The notes beneath the pieces were generated by a model, which saw only the letters and a list, made by a program, of their open reading frames with translations, was not told the origin of the DNA and searched no databases. The position numbers and the translations under genes are program-made. DNA of 62,768 nt, filler included, from Platydemus manokwari (taxonomy: Eukaryota): NCBI GenBank assembly GCA_037951405.1. It is 6 parts of 6 records of this genome, joined end to end, with 100 filler letters (N's around TTAATTAATTAA, not from the genome) between each part and the next. Parts side by side here need not be neighbours in the genome. Positions count along the whole stretch, not along the records: positions 22,964 to 32,701 come from JBBMOY011211767.1; positions 32,802 to 41,759 come from JBBMOY011322651.1; 4 more parts are not named here. The stretch is one strand, 5' to 3'. This document shows, piece by piece, positions 28,600 through 41,859 of this stretch (the first letter of the stretch is position 1; each line of letters opens with the position of its first letter).

Positions 28600-31500
28600 C
28601 TAACCGCAAAAATTCGACTGCTTCTCTTTCCCTCCTCTAATCTTCGTAAGTATATTTGTGCTGATAAGAGTTGGTTTTCCGTTTCTTTGATGATCTGACC
28701 AAATCTTTAGATTGGTGTTGAAAAAATGAAGTAAATTATATGTTTCCTCATATTTTTACCTTCAAAACTTTTGTCACGATAGACAGATTTTGAGGCACGG
28801 TGCCTATAAATTCAACCTATAAATTCGAATTATACATGCTGATCTTATCCTGTTAAAGTAGTGGTATAAAACTTACCAGTTTACTGAAGGCATAAAAACC
28901 GTATCATTGATTCATGCTTGGTACTGGTTTTAAACTCTTCAAAATGAGTAAAGTCAGCCGAATTTTTTGCGAAGAATCATAATTTCTCTTGTTCAACCAG
29001 TATAAACCTTCACCTTTATAAAAATACCGCTTTTCAAAACTTCTTGTTAAAATGTTTCGAGACTTTTTCGACCAGTAATAAATATTCATAATATAATCAA
29101 CCAATTTCTTACTGCCGATATACCATAACTTTTCATGTAGGAATCTAGTTTATTTCTTCGAATGTGATTCTGGTATGACAATTTGTTTCTTTCCACAATT
29201 ATTATCCTTCACAACTACTTCAAACAACTCATACTTTTAGAGGTTGGAAAATATTTATTGTTTTTGACAGTTGAATTGACTCCAGTATCCTAGTTTTGTA
29301 GCAATTTTTAAGTAGAGCCTATAACGATTTCAGAATTAATTAATTGTTACTAGTGAGTGGTGCAAAATATTGATAATTTGAGATTTTAACTTGCAATCCT
29401 TAGGCATTTAGTGTTGCGTTAATCGTCTTGAAAACTTTATTGAGTCTTGCATAGTGTTCATCAACCGTTCTTCCATAAATCAATATATGGACTAGATAAG
29501 GAAGAACGCCTTTATAAACCAAATCTCTAAATATTACATTTGTTGGATTTGTGGTGTTAAAGGATGTGAGTTCTTGGTTAAGGTAAGCAAGTATAAATGT
29601 AATCGTAAGAAAAGCGTAAGAACTTTAAGTTTTCCTTGAAGTTTTAACTGAAGAATTTTAAAATATGTTATTTGTAGTTTCAATGGGAAGTCTTTTTGAT
29701 TAATTGATGTATTTAATAGCCCAAAGTCCGTACAAAAATAGATTGCTTGCTTTCTATCGATTGCTCAAATTTATTTACTTTCTTCAATTTTATGTGCAAC
29801 TTTTTAATTTAGTTCAGTTCGACTAATTTTCTCTCAACTGTTCAGTTTAGTTTGAGCAATTCGACTGCCAGATCCTTTATAGTTTTCAATTTGGCTATAG
29901 TGTACCCGTGATTAATTTGCTAATCTAATTTGCTTTGGCACTTCGCATCAATATTAATAAACTCTTTACATAATCTTTGTAATTGGATTGGTGTTTGGAT
30001 TACAATTTGAAATATTAGATTGTTGTGCATCGAAATCCACATTTATTGCTTTCCGACCTCTGCGGATTTCTTGGATCTGCAAACTTATTTTTTATTTGGT
30101 TTTTAGTTTATAAATTGTAGCTCTTCCTAATATATTCATTAACCTCTTAGAAAAGTCCAAAATAGAGCCTATTATAATGAAGTCGGTTTTAGAGCTGAAA
30201 TCTTCCTCAAGCTCGACTTGATAATACCCTTGGCCAAAATCATTCGTTGAATAATCATTCAATGAATCCAGTAACGCTTGAGAATTTGGTTTCTGAAAAG
30301 TAAATTTATGCGAATGTTTCCCTTCCTTTTGGATCTCGTGAGAGATCAAGTTAGTTGGCACTAAGTCGAACCTAGAAGCATAAAATAGAACCATTTTCTC
30401 GGATACATTTTCTCAATGAAATGTTACTACTCTTGGCAATACTGTTCATAGCTATTTCAGTGCTATCCTCATAACTGTGTTTTCTATTCATTATGATTGG
30501 ATTGACCGTTTTCATTTCTGATGAAAATATTCTGCAATTCTTTATCATATCGATTCCATCAAATAATAATGATAGTGAAATATCTTTTATCACTAATTAA
30601 ATGCATACGAAGACTTTTTTTATTCCGGACAATTGAAAATTTTTCTTCCCCAGACAGGAATTAACTTGTATTTTGTTTGTCAGCACATACACAATGATCA
30701 AAGCCCATTGCTTTGAATTTAAAAACAGAGGTAAAATATGATTTATCGGTCTTTGAAGTATTTAAAAGATAGATTCTCTATTATATGTTCTACTTCGATT
30801 AAAGCCAAAGTTGTTTCAATAGATGCGATCAGTAGTAAGTATTTTCTACAAAAGATTTGAAATCCTTCCTTCTTAAAAGCTTCATATGCATTTCTGTGAA
30901 ATGGAAACCAAGGAATTGTTTTCAGGCTCTTTTGCCAGATTGATATTTGCTTAGCAATAGTTAATATTTCTTTAAATTCATTTGGATTTTCCTCTATATC
31001 TAAATTTGCTAGTCTTTTTTGACCTATTTATTCCTTTGTTGTCTACTTCGTTGATGATTCCCGATGCTATTTTGATATAATGTTTTAGTTAGCTATTGAT
31101 TTGTTCCTGATATTTTCTGTTATTCCTTTGCCTTCACTTTTATATGCGATGGGTTTGTATCTTATAATTGAAATAGGCTTTTCCCTACTTTCTGTTGTCT
31201 GTATTTGTGGGTAAATCGATTATATCAGTTCTTCATTTTGAATTGTGTTTTATGAAGTACTTTTAAATTTAATCCTAATTTTCTACTATAACTCGTCAAA
31301 GGAGATCTCTTTTCCGCAACTTTTATGCTTTCGAAATTTCATTCTTGGCAGTAAACTGTCTTGACAATTATTTTTGAAATGTTTTATATTAACTTTCACA
31401 AAATTATTGTTTTCTTGTTACTTTTGAAGTTCTTGCACGTTTACCTTACTATCCCATGATTTATATGGAAAAATTGTGACTGCCATTTTTTGCTTGTTCT

Positions 31501-31700
31501 CCAATTACTGGAGGGCCCTGCCTGTAAAGTTTTTGTTATTTTTAAAACAAATATTTTGATTTTTATCCCCTGTTTCTACTGCAACCATTATATAACTTCT
31601 ATATATAACGGTTTCGTTGACATTCATTTGCTTATATATGTGTATATATAATCTCGCGAAGTCTTCTTCGTACATCAACTAATGGTGGTGCAGTTTTAAT
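28600..31700 (-). mobile_element. Degenerate Ty3/Gypsy LTR retrotransposon (gag-pol remnant)
   Basis: Minus-strand RT fragment DFGQGYYQVEL..SKTDF (ORF 30092-30394), RNase H-like INIDAK (~29950) and integrase Zn-finger LHEKL..IGSKKL...YYW (~29140-29070) in RT-RH-IN order. Boundaries approximate. Confidence 0.7.
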
Positions 31701-32701
31701 TCTTGATCCTAAGCATTGATCTCAAAATTCCATGATTTGTCATTTTTGATTATTATTGTCATTAAACGAATTTTTACGTTGTTCACTTGTGACCTTATAC
31801 CTGTCTCGTTACCTGCTTGATTTCTTTAATCTACTTTGTGTGATGTATTCTCCTTTGATTATTTCTCATTCTTGCGGGTTGATTGACCATGCATTTATGT
31901 ATATTATTTTTATTAGTAACTGTATTTCTTGACAACCTTAACTCACTGACACTGTCATTGTTGTACTCTTATTATTGAGGTATTTACAGATTGCGCTGTC
32001 TTTATGCCAATTTTACCAATCTTACTTCGGAATGTACTATTGATCTTTATCTTAAAGTTATTCAATTTATGCTGTTTTTATAATCTGCGTAGAAATTATG
32101 ATTCAAATTTATTTCACATTATCTATGCTTATTTTGATTCAGATCAATGCAGTTAAGGTGAAACTTATGATTCCACTTTATATATGTATTCCATTTACCA
32201 TTGTTTTGATCCATTTTTGATCCCACTTATTATTTGCACATTGGGACTGGTAATTAGTGAAAATTTCTTCTTTTCATTTCAGCATAAGGTTTTCATTGAA
32301 CTATTTAAATTCCAGTCATTATCAGAAGAGTCATTTTTCATTTTTATAATGAATCTTGGCTATTTTTCTACATTTAAAGCACGACATCCCAGAAATATTC
32401 CTTTTGGTTCATGGTTTTGTCTTCAGACATCCGAGTAACTCCGCCTAACGATATTTAAAGTTTTTACCTAAACCAATTTTTTCAAATTAATGCCATGACT
32501 TCGTCGTCTTTTATCTGTTCTTGCTGGATCCAATATAAATGACTCCTTAAGTATTTTTCTTTGCAGTCAATGGAAAACAAATAATTTTGTGATTTCTTCC
32601 AATGATATCTTCTTTTCAAAAACCTTTGTGATTTGTTTTGCGTACACGAAGCTCCTTGCTTTTGTATTTCTCGCCTACCCGTTGTCTAATATCAGACAAT
32701 T

Positions 32702-32801
32702 NNNNNNNNNNNNNNNNNNNNNNNNNNNNNNNNNNNNNNNNNNNNTTAATTAATTAANNNNNNNNNNNNNNNNNNNNNNNNNNNNNNNNNNNNNNNNNNN
32801 N
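32702..32801. other. Artificial assembly spacer (44 N + TTAATTAATTAA + 44 N)
   Basis: Same exact pattern. Confidence 0.97.
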
Positions 32802-35200
32802 CGAAATCACTATTTATTGATGATATAATTAATTTTTTTCGCATGAATACCCTAGCCATACTGTATGGGATTATTATACTAGGTATTGTAAAACTGTTAT
32901 TGATAAATTAGAGTTAGAATATATTCATCTGAATGAAATCCTCTCTATTTTAAAATCAGCAGTGACAAAATTACGTTACGTGACCTTTTACTTTTAGACC
33001 CTGAAGGTATTCTTCTAACTCATCTTTTTAATAAAGTCATTTTGACTCCATAATGTTCACACAATCGGCGAAAGTTTAAGACAGCTCTCATTCCTAAACC
33101 TGGTAAAGATGGCCTTTATAAAAACATCAATAAATGGCGACCAATAGTTCTCTGATCAACTTCATACAAGATTTTTTCGTCAATTTTGACTAGAAGATTA
33201 GAGCATTGAATCAGAGATAATTACTTGTTCAACAAAGGTCAAAAAATGATTCTAAATACGAGAGTTGTATTGAAAACAACGCTATTCTAAATTCTGCTTT
33301 GGAAGATTCGAAATATCCTCAACATTTTTGTTGCTTGGCTTGACATTGCAAACGCCTTTCACATGTTTTATTGGAGTAAATGACTCTTCTGTGGATATTT
33401 TTGAATTGTTCTATACTGATATAAGCTCATTTTATATTTGTTTATCTATTACTAGACCGAACTGGCCTATTCAACGAGAGGTTAAACAGGGCTGTCCTAT
33501 ATAAATGACTTTGTTTGCTTTAGTAATTAATCCAGTACTTGAAGCCATTGATGCTTTATCAGTTCCTAATTTCTCAATAGGAATTGGCTCAGTAGATGTG
33601 TTATCTTACGCTTATAATATTGCGTTGATTGCAAACAATACTCTTGATCTTCAAAAATTAATTGATAAAGCTTTTTAAATAACTGAATGGGCTGGTTTAC
33701 AATACCGCCCAGAAAAATGTGCCTTTATAAGTTTACCACACGAAAACTTTGATGATGTGATATCTATTAATAATATAAATATTAAAAAAAATTGTTGACT
33801 AAATAATTTCACATGTATCTTGGTGTCCCAGTTGATGATAAAAATGATCAATCTCCTTACGAGATTTTGAACAAACTTGTAATCGATCTTGGTAAAATTG
33901 TTAACACTGATTTATTGGATTAGCAAAAGCTAAAATTGTTCGGAATTTTTTGGATTATAGACTTGTATGTGTGTTTAGAAGTAGGAAAATCAAAGTTTCT
34001 TCGCTGAAAGAGAAGTAGTAAGATACAAGCATACATGAAGCAATTACTTCATTTGCCAAATTCGGCTGAAACTTGTCATCTTTACTTGTCAATAATGAAT
34101 GGTGGTGTTGGACTAACTGGATTGATTGATGAATATCACATACAGTGCATTGTTCAAGAATTTCGTGTTTTGAATTATGATTGTAGACTTACAAAACAAT
34201 TGTTTCTGATTCACTTCGCTTTGCTTCTTTTACAAGACTTCGTATCGCAAATCCATCAATTACTGAAACCCTGAAATGGATCAGTGGTAAAAAATCTTTC
34301 CAAAACTCTGCTTCTAAAAAGACATGGTGGATACGTGTCATCAATACAGTGAAATATTTTCCTAATACTCACAAAATCAGCTTGATTTTTGAACTTCATA
34401 AAGATGAAACTTACTTGAGAATGACATCTGAATTTTGTGGCACTTACAAATTTAGTCTTCGTAATCGTAAACAACTATCGCTTGTCTTGAACTAGGTGAT
34501 TCAGGAATCTTACTCGTCGAGATGGCTTGATAGTAAACGCAGTAACTTTATTGCAGAATTAGACTATCTCCCCACATATTAATTAGATGATTTTTCGTAT
34601 TGACATGAAACCTTTTGCATTTAAATTTATTCACCGAGCTAGAACGAATGCAATACCTATTAATACATTGCCGTGGAATACAAATGAAGAAATTCAAAAA
34701 TTCTGACATCGCCACAATTTCAAATAAACCATGTCACATGCTCGACAATGTTGTAAACCGAACAAAAATTACAGACTGCTCGTCATGATGCATGGCTAAA
34801 CAAAGTCGTTGAATGTCTCCGTTCAAAGGACATCTTTGTAGTGCTCATAAAATGTGTTCCTTGATAAAGCGTGTCGATTTGATGATAACCAATGTCGAGA
34901 AGAAAAGAAATTTTCTTGTAGATATGAAATGTCTAACTAAAAAATCGGACAAAAATAATACAACTCACTATGCCGATTTTAGAAATGAGCTACCCAAATT
35001 GAAACCAAACTTCAATATTGATCTTTAATCTGCATTATGGGTTCTCTCAGTACAGTTCCGGCCTCAACTGAATCAACTTTAGCAAAGATTGGTGAGTCAA
35101 GGACAAAAATCTGAAACCTGGTCAAGGAATGCGCAAAAGGAAATATTTCCACTAGACCGGTGTTCTGATAGATTTCATCTAATCTATAAAACATTCAAAC
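32802..35200 (+). mobile_element. Degenerate RLE-type non-LTR retrotransposon (RT + CCHC + restriction-like endonuclease), NeSL/Utopia/R2-like
   Basis: KTALIPKPGKD, KWRPIVL, VAWLDIANAF, VKQGCP, LSYAYN (decayed YADD), YRPEKC, YLGVP, GGVGL, FIHRARTN, RHD, RVDLMI and FLVDMKC in order. Confidence 0.85.
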
Positions 35201-35302
35201 TGGTCCAACCCTAAGAGAGCCGAGATGAGTGAAAAAAGAACTTTATAGAGCATTGGTGTACAAAAGTAACAAGAATTAGAAAGATTTCAGAAAAATTGCG
35301 AA

Positions 35303-36825
35303 ATGAAGGAATTATTATTTTATTATACTGTGATAAAAAATGGTTATGAATGTATGTGGAATTACAGATTTATTTCCGGAAAAACAAATAAAATTTATGT
35401 TAAGGTCCATTATGAGCAAAGACTTATCGATAAAAATATGGAATATGAACTAGTCAATGACGCTATGTACGAAGCAGCATTTAATTTGCCATTCTATAAC
35501 GGTAATAATAATGAAATTTTAAATGAGATTGTTATTAAAGTGAAGAACAAAATATCCAATGAAATTGAATTTATTAATGATAAAAATCGAATATTTTTAA
35601 TGAAATCAAATAACAAGAAGAGTAAAATATTGAAAAGTGGAATGTTATCTTTAAATTTTTGGAGTAAAGCAATAGTTTTTATGACAATTGTTATGATATT
35701 TGGCATTGAAGATGAAATTATAATCTTAATTGGATATGATTGCTCTAAAAATCTAAAAGATGTATTCATCAATGGATATGCCCAGAAGCATATCCGATGA
35801 AAATCTTAAATTTCTATAACGAGCACTATTTTTAAACCTGGAATTGAATTTTATTAGAGTTCAGATAAAGGAATGCGTCCCTAAAAGGACAACTTTAGTT
35901 TTTCATTGAGGCAAGTTTAGCTACACGTGATTAATTATGATGTATGCAATTCCTAGACAACTAGAGATAGACGCTGATAATTGTGAAGCAGCTTTTCAAA
36001 CTGGAAAATCAGGAATAAATGCGAAGAGATTTTATAATGAGAGAATCCATTGTGGTTAGAGGATCTGTCAAAGTTGATTGATAGTGTAAAGGACAACCAT
36101 ATAAATTTTCCGGGGAAATCGTTGATAAAGCTTTAGTAATGGAAAAATATTTAATCCAAATATGACAATACGAAGATGTATTTGATGAATTGACTGGACA
36201 AATGTAGATTCAGGAATTGTCAAACTGGAGAATCAGTAATAGTTTACAATGTAAGATAGAAGAAATCAATTCGATTGCAGTCAAGGAAGAATGTGTCTAC
36301 CTTTAAAACGACTACCTACGGCCCACCTCATCTTAGGGCCGTAACATAAAGTAATGCCTGATTAATGAATTGCACTAACAAATAAATATGTAGTTGAACC
36401 ACCTAAAAACTTAGAGCTAACTAAATTAAAGTACTAAATAAATTCTACATCTTTAAATAATGGAGTAACTACTGGAACTTATTCACCAGAGGACCTGAAT
36501 TAAGCCAGATGTAACCTACTATTTCTATCAAATTCATTGACGCTGGCTTACCAATGTGATATCGTAGAGCCAATCACGAGTACTTGATGACTCCTAACCA
36601 CTATAAGCAGACGACACTCAATATCATGAAAATAAAATCTTGGAAAGGTTCATATTCTGTGTTAGATTCATAGGAGTGTATGTTTCGTATATATTTATAA
36701 AAGTACTATTAGATCAAGTACTGTCTCTTTATCGCTTATATAATATTGTAGGTGGTTCAGGGAAACTAATTTTAGGATATATTCTTTATAAATTCATTAA
36801 AAAAATGATCAATGTAAAGAAATGA
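35303..36825 (+). pseudogene. Decayed env-like glycoprotein of chuvirus/herpes-gB (class III fusogen) type
   Basis: Hydrophobic signal followed by LIGYDC; LEIDADNCEAAFQTG; LQCKIE; EEC..YLRP; EPPKNL..TTGTYSPEDLN.AR.NLLF; C-terminal TM RFIGVY..IFIKVLLDQVLSLYRLYNIVGGS.KLILG. Order matches, from memory, glycoproteins captured by LTR retrotransposons. Stops, frameshifts and internal deletions present. Confidence 0.7.
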
Positions 36826-37191
36826 ACAATATTAAATTTTAAATGAGAAACAAAAGTAAAATGGAGTTCAGTACTTCATCGATTAAAGACAACAACTCAC
36901 TGAATGATGAGAACAATTATCTGAGCTCAGGAGACGACAAAAATATAATGTCGAGTTTAGACATATAAGTTCCACATTGGGAAGGCTCAGGAACTATATT
37001 AAGATTAGAACGTTAGGAGAAAGAAAATGAATAATGTTTAAAAGAATTATTTATATCGCCAAAATTTAAATCACCAACATCAATTTACCTTCTAGCGAAT
37101 TCAAGAAATGAAACCTATCTTAAGGGAAACACCAGAAGTAAAAGGAGTACACGATCTAAATTTGGACGTATAGAGAAAAAATCAATTGCAG

Positions 37192-37249
<58 letters not shown>
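37192..37249. repeat. Compound microsatellite (TA)13(TG)16
   Basis: Read directly. Confidence 0.97.
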
Positions 37250-37250
<1 letters not shown>

Positions 37251-37269
37251 CACTAGCACAATAGGATCG

Positions 37270-39560
37270 AATACCTTTCACATTGATTAAGTTAAATAAT
37301 AAGCTAACTGACGCAATTAATGACTCAAGATCAAACATCACCACAATATCAAGGAGTTTTATAACACTAAAAGAAAAGGAAAATGTATTTTGGGAATTAG
37401 AAATTATAGAAACAAAAGCAGGGTCAACAGCGCAAATGATAGGAAACACTGGTAAATATTGAAATAACATAGAAAATATTACAGCGGATTGTAGTTGTGA
37501 TGGACTCCTGCCAATTCAATTGTTGGTTAGGAATATATATATACTAGAACAACTATAAGACATATCTAATATCGACCCTGCTGGTGATGAATCCTAATCA
37601 AAAATACAATGTTACAAAAATTGTTAGTGATATAAAAACTGAAAGTCAAAAATTGTAATTGGAATTGCTAATTAAACAATATGACGATATAATAGCTAAG
37701 CACAAATTTGACTTAGATAGTACTTACCTAGTTGAACATGAAATAACATTGTTAGCAGGCAACGAGACACCAAAAAGAATGCGGTCATGTTGTATGTGCA
37801 ATTAAAGGAGATTTAAAGACAGAAACAACAAATACTTAAGAGTAATATTATAGGAATTATCTTTTCCGAATGGGGACTCCTGGTTGTATTGGTTAAATAA
37901 AAGATGGTAGCATCAGATGGTGTGTGGACTATAACTAGAATAGATCCATACCCATCACCTATCCCAGAATCAATTTATAATAAAGTAGGAAATCCACAGA
38001 TATTTTCAACTATTGAATTAAACGAAGGGTATTGCCAATTTTCAATTAAGGAGGAGTATAATTTTAAAATAACGTTAGTTGACGATGATGAGTTATTCGA
38101 ATTTAATGTAAGACCATATGGTTTCATTGGAGATGCTATAATATTTCAGAGTCGTGGATTTCATATTCATGGATATTGTACATCCAATAGTAAATATCGA
38201 TATTATTATTATTTTTTCTAAAGATTTCGAAGAACATTTAATTGATAAAGGAAAAATTTTGAAAAATTTAAAATGAGCAAACTTAAAATTAGAGCTTCTA
38301 AATGCAAATAGGCCATAACAAAAGTCGCATACATTGACTATTTATTTCCAGAGAAAATTTGAAACTAAATCCAGCGCGAGTAAATAAAATACTCAAATTT
38401 CCGATTCCAAGCAATGTTGATGAATATAAAACTTTTATTGGGCTTGCTAATTACTATAGAATATTTATACAAATTTCTCACATATTGCACATTCTTTAAC
38501 ACTTTTAAGGACAAATGCACTATTTCAATGGTAAAGCAATAACAACATTTTGAATTATTAAAACAAAAATTAACCCCAATCCCATATTGCAACATCCAGA
38601 TATGAAGAAACATTTTATTGTAATTACAGGCGCAAGTGGATTTTCTACGGGTTCTGTATAGGAGCAACAAAATGATGGTGAAAAGGACCTACTTGTCGCA
38701 TATGCAAGTAGAGCTTTGAAAAACACGAAAAAAAATATTCAACTATAGAAAAAGACGCATTACCAAACATTTTTGAAGTAACACATTTTCGACCATATAT
38801 AAGAACATAAAATTATATTATATACAGATTATAATCCCATAAAATTGCTTAAAAAATTGATTAAAAGGATCAAACTATTGATGGAAAAACGTAAGGACAG
38901 CAGATATCCAGAACAATTAATATAACTGGTATACTTTATACATACTGATTTGTTAAAATATTACAATGGTAAAGATACATTACTGGATATTTAACTGAAA
39001 AAGATAAACATATCCTACTCACCGAGAAAGACATTACCGAATCATAAACCAAAATATTATTGAGCTACAGTAGAACAGGATGTTATATCTTGATGTTAAT
39101 CTTGCAAAATATCTATAACCAAACGAAAAACTGAAGCAAGGATACCTATATCAGTACCTTCTGCACCTATGTAAATGACAGCCATGGATATAGTTGGACC
39201 ATTCTCGCCAACTATAAATGCCAACAAACATATGCTAGTATTTGACAAAGTGGACAGATGCCTTTGGAATTAACAATTAAAAACCAGAGGCAGTTGCATT
39301 TGTATTTGCAAAAATATAGTTTTTCATTTGGGGACCATTAGGAAAATATTAATTGACTGTGACAACAATTTCCTTAGTGAACTATTCAAAGCTATAACGG
39401 ATCTGTTTGAGATTCTGAAATTAAAAACATCACCGAATCATCTTTAAACAGTTGGATTAGTGAAGATATCCAATGGTACTTTAAACAATATGTTATCATC
39501 ATATAATGAAATAACTCAACGATACTAGGATTTGAAACAACAGGAGAAATACCACTTTAT
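37270..39560 (+). mobile_element. Degenerate Ty3/Gypsy pol (PR-RT-RNase H-IN)
   Basis: LNNKLTDAINDSRSNITTI (decayed DSG protease), RIDPYPSP..IFSTIELNEGYCQ, FEFNVRPYG, VITGASG, VAYASRALK, MDIVGPF, LKTSPNH. Confidence 0.85.
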
Positions 39561-40386
39561 TTAATGTATTTACGACGAAGCAATACGCAATCGCTAGTCT
39601 TAATCACCTCTGATTTAATAGAAACTCATAAATACATTCTTCTGATTTCAAATCGATCACCTTGGAAATTCGAAAAGTTAATCACCGGAAAGGAATATAG
39701 ACTAAAAACAGAATACTGGAGGCAATCATAATCAGAGAGTGAGCCCGGTTTAGTAGAATAAGCAGACATTCAATTGCACTCTCAATCAGGATTATGTAGG
39801 AAATATTTTAATTTAACTAATCATTGGCATTTTGATTATAATTTAGATAGTGATCTCTGAAAAGGATCTCTGAAATTAAATAATATTTTAATCACGGACA
39901 TGCAATAGACATTTAACTCTTATGATAGGACTCTATATTTTATCATTATATTCTTTGTGTCGCAATGACTATGTTTTTGATATCCGCTATAACCGTCAAA
40001 TCTTCGCACGAGTCAGTGGTCAAGCAACTTTGGTGTAAGTGGAATAAGATTGACAATTCAGTGCACATATATCATATAGCATATTAGTGATCATTTATTT
40101 TACAACAGTATTATTAAAATTATTTAATTACAATTTATGCCAGTTACTATTCTTGTAACAATCATCGATTATTGATTTCGTACCATGATATGTATTTTAT
40201 GACATTTTATTTAATTTGCGTTAAAATTGTGAGATGAAGTCGATAACACCGTCTAACAAACACTAAATACATGATCACACGTACACACATTCCACACATA
40301 AACACATCAAGTATAAAAGACTTTATAAAATTAACAAACTCACACTTACCATTAATTTTTTAAGGAAACATCTGTCATTTAACAGC

Positions 40387-41628
40387 ATGCACGGACGGAC
40401 CTTACTAACAATCAAATACTATGAAGCCCTTCAGCAACTAGCCAAGCAAACGGAATCGTTTTCGATGGCCAGTATTATAAAAAGCGAAACAATTCCGGAT
40501 AACACAAGGACAAGAGATTGGAAAACGCAAATCCATCTATCAGAAATAACTAAAAAGAATTCAATCAAACTAGTAGATTACCGGAAACGTTTTAAACTAG
40601 AAAGTGGGAAATTCACATACTTTCGAAAGCAGAGAATTTACTGGATTTGACGGAAGAGTATTCGAGGTAGAATGAGGAACGTTGTGGAACTTAGGAGACT
40701 GGAATATTAGAATCAGAGCAGAAAGTGAAACAACGTGGATAGTAATGGAGTACAAGAAAAAAACAATTGAAAGATACAAACAATAGAAGATCTGAAACAC
40801 AAGAAATCATTCGTGCGAACAAAATTGAGTCGGAATGAAATCATGGAGATGCTACTGTTTTTCGATGCAGAAATAGCCAGGAATGTAAATCACTCCAGAT
40901 TTCCATTGACAACGGTAGCAGTAAATTATGATTGGAAAACTTTGATAGATGCCAAAGTAACACCGAGATAACAAGGAATTCGAGAGAAACACAAATTAAA
41001 TTGTCAGGACAAGTATGAGGGTATCACAGAAGTGCAGGAACTACTTAAAGGAAAAATATTGGTGGCCCACAATCTGCAAAATAGAATTTAAATATCTAGA
41101 CATAAATGCCAACCAATTAATAGTAATTTCGAGATTTGGTCGCATCTCTTGTATTCAGGCATTTCAATATCTAAGCCATAGGCAACAGGACATACAAGAA
41201 TTAGAGAAATAAATTGCCGACCTGGACATCCAGAAAGGAACTCATCCTACTTCAAATGATACTTAGACCGTGAGATCAATATACAAAAAGTGATTCGATC
41301 ATTATGAACCTCCGGAATCTGTAATGAGGAAAATACCTGAACATGTCAATTATTGGATTTGCGATGGTATTCAAAACATTTATGACAGTCATAACCTAAG
41401 AGCAGGTGAAGAAAATATGAGTGTCATTGAAATAATTACAAAGATGGAGCGGGACAAGTATAAAAAGAATGTGGAAGTAATCTACAGATTATAATTTAGT
41501 GAAAGGAGAAAAAATGATTTGAATTAATTGGTATTTTGATAATTAATAACTGTGAATTAATTTGGTTCATTTTTGCAAATAAATAAACTTAATAATTATT
41601 TCAAATTAATCCCAAATAAGGAAGGGGG
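40387..41628 (+). mobile_element. Highly decayed LTR retrotransposon (integrase-region) remnant followed by a polypurine tract
   Basis: LKEKYWWPTI (integrase Zn-finger region, ORF 41015); PPT-like AAGGAAGGGGG at 41618-41628 just before the contig end. Confidence 0.4.
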
Positions 41629-41759
41629 TCCAGTTAATAATAACAGAGAGAAGCCACAAAAATGTATGCATGTAGCCTTGCGAGTACCAGGTGTGTCGGT
41701 AATTCCTTTCCGGTTTTTGTAACAGATGTCACTGGCCATAAGAAAAATGGTTTGTTGAT

Positions 41760-41859
41760 NNNNNNNNNNNNNNNNNNNNNNNNNNNNNNNNNNNNNNNNN
41801 NNNTTAATTAATTAANNNNNNNNNNNNNNNNNNNNNNNNNNNNNNNNNNNNNNNNNNNN
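41760..41859. other. Artificial assembly spacer (44 N + TTAATTAATTAA + 44 N)
   Basis: Same exact pattern. Confidence 0.97.
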
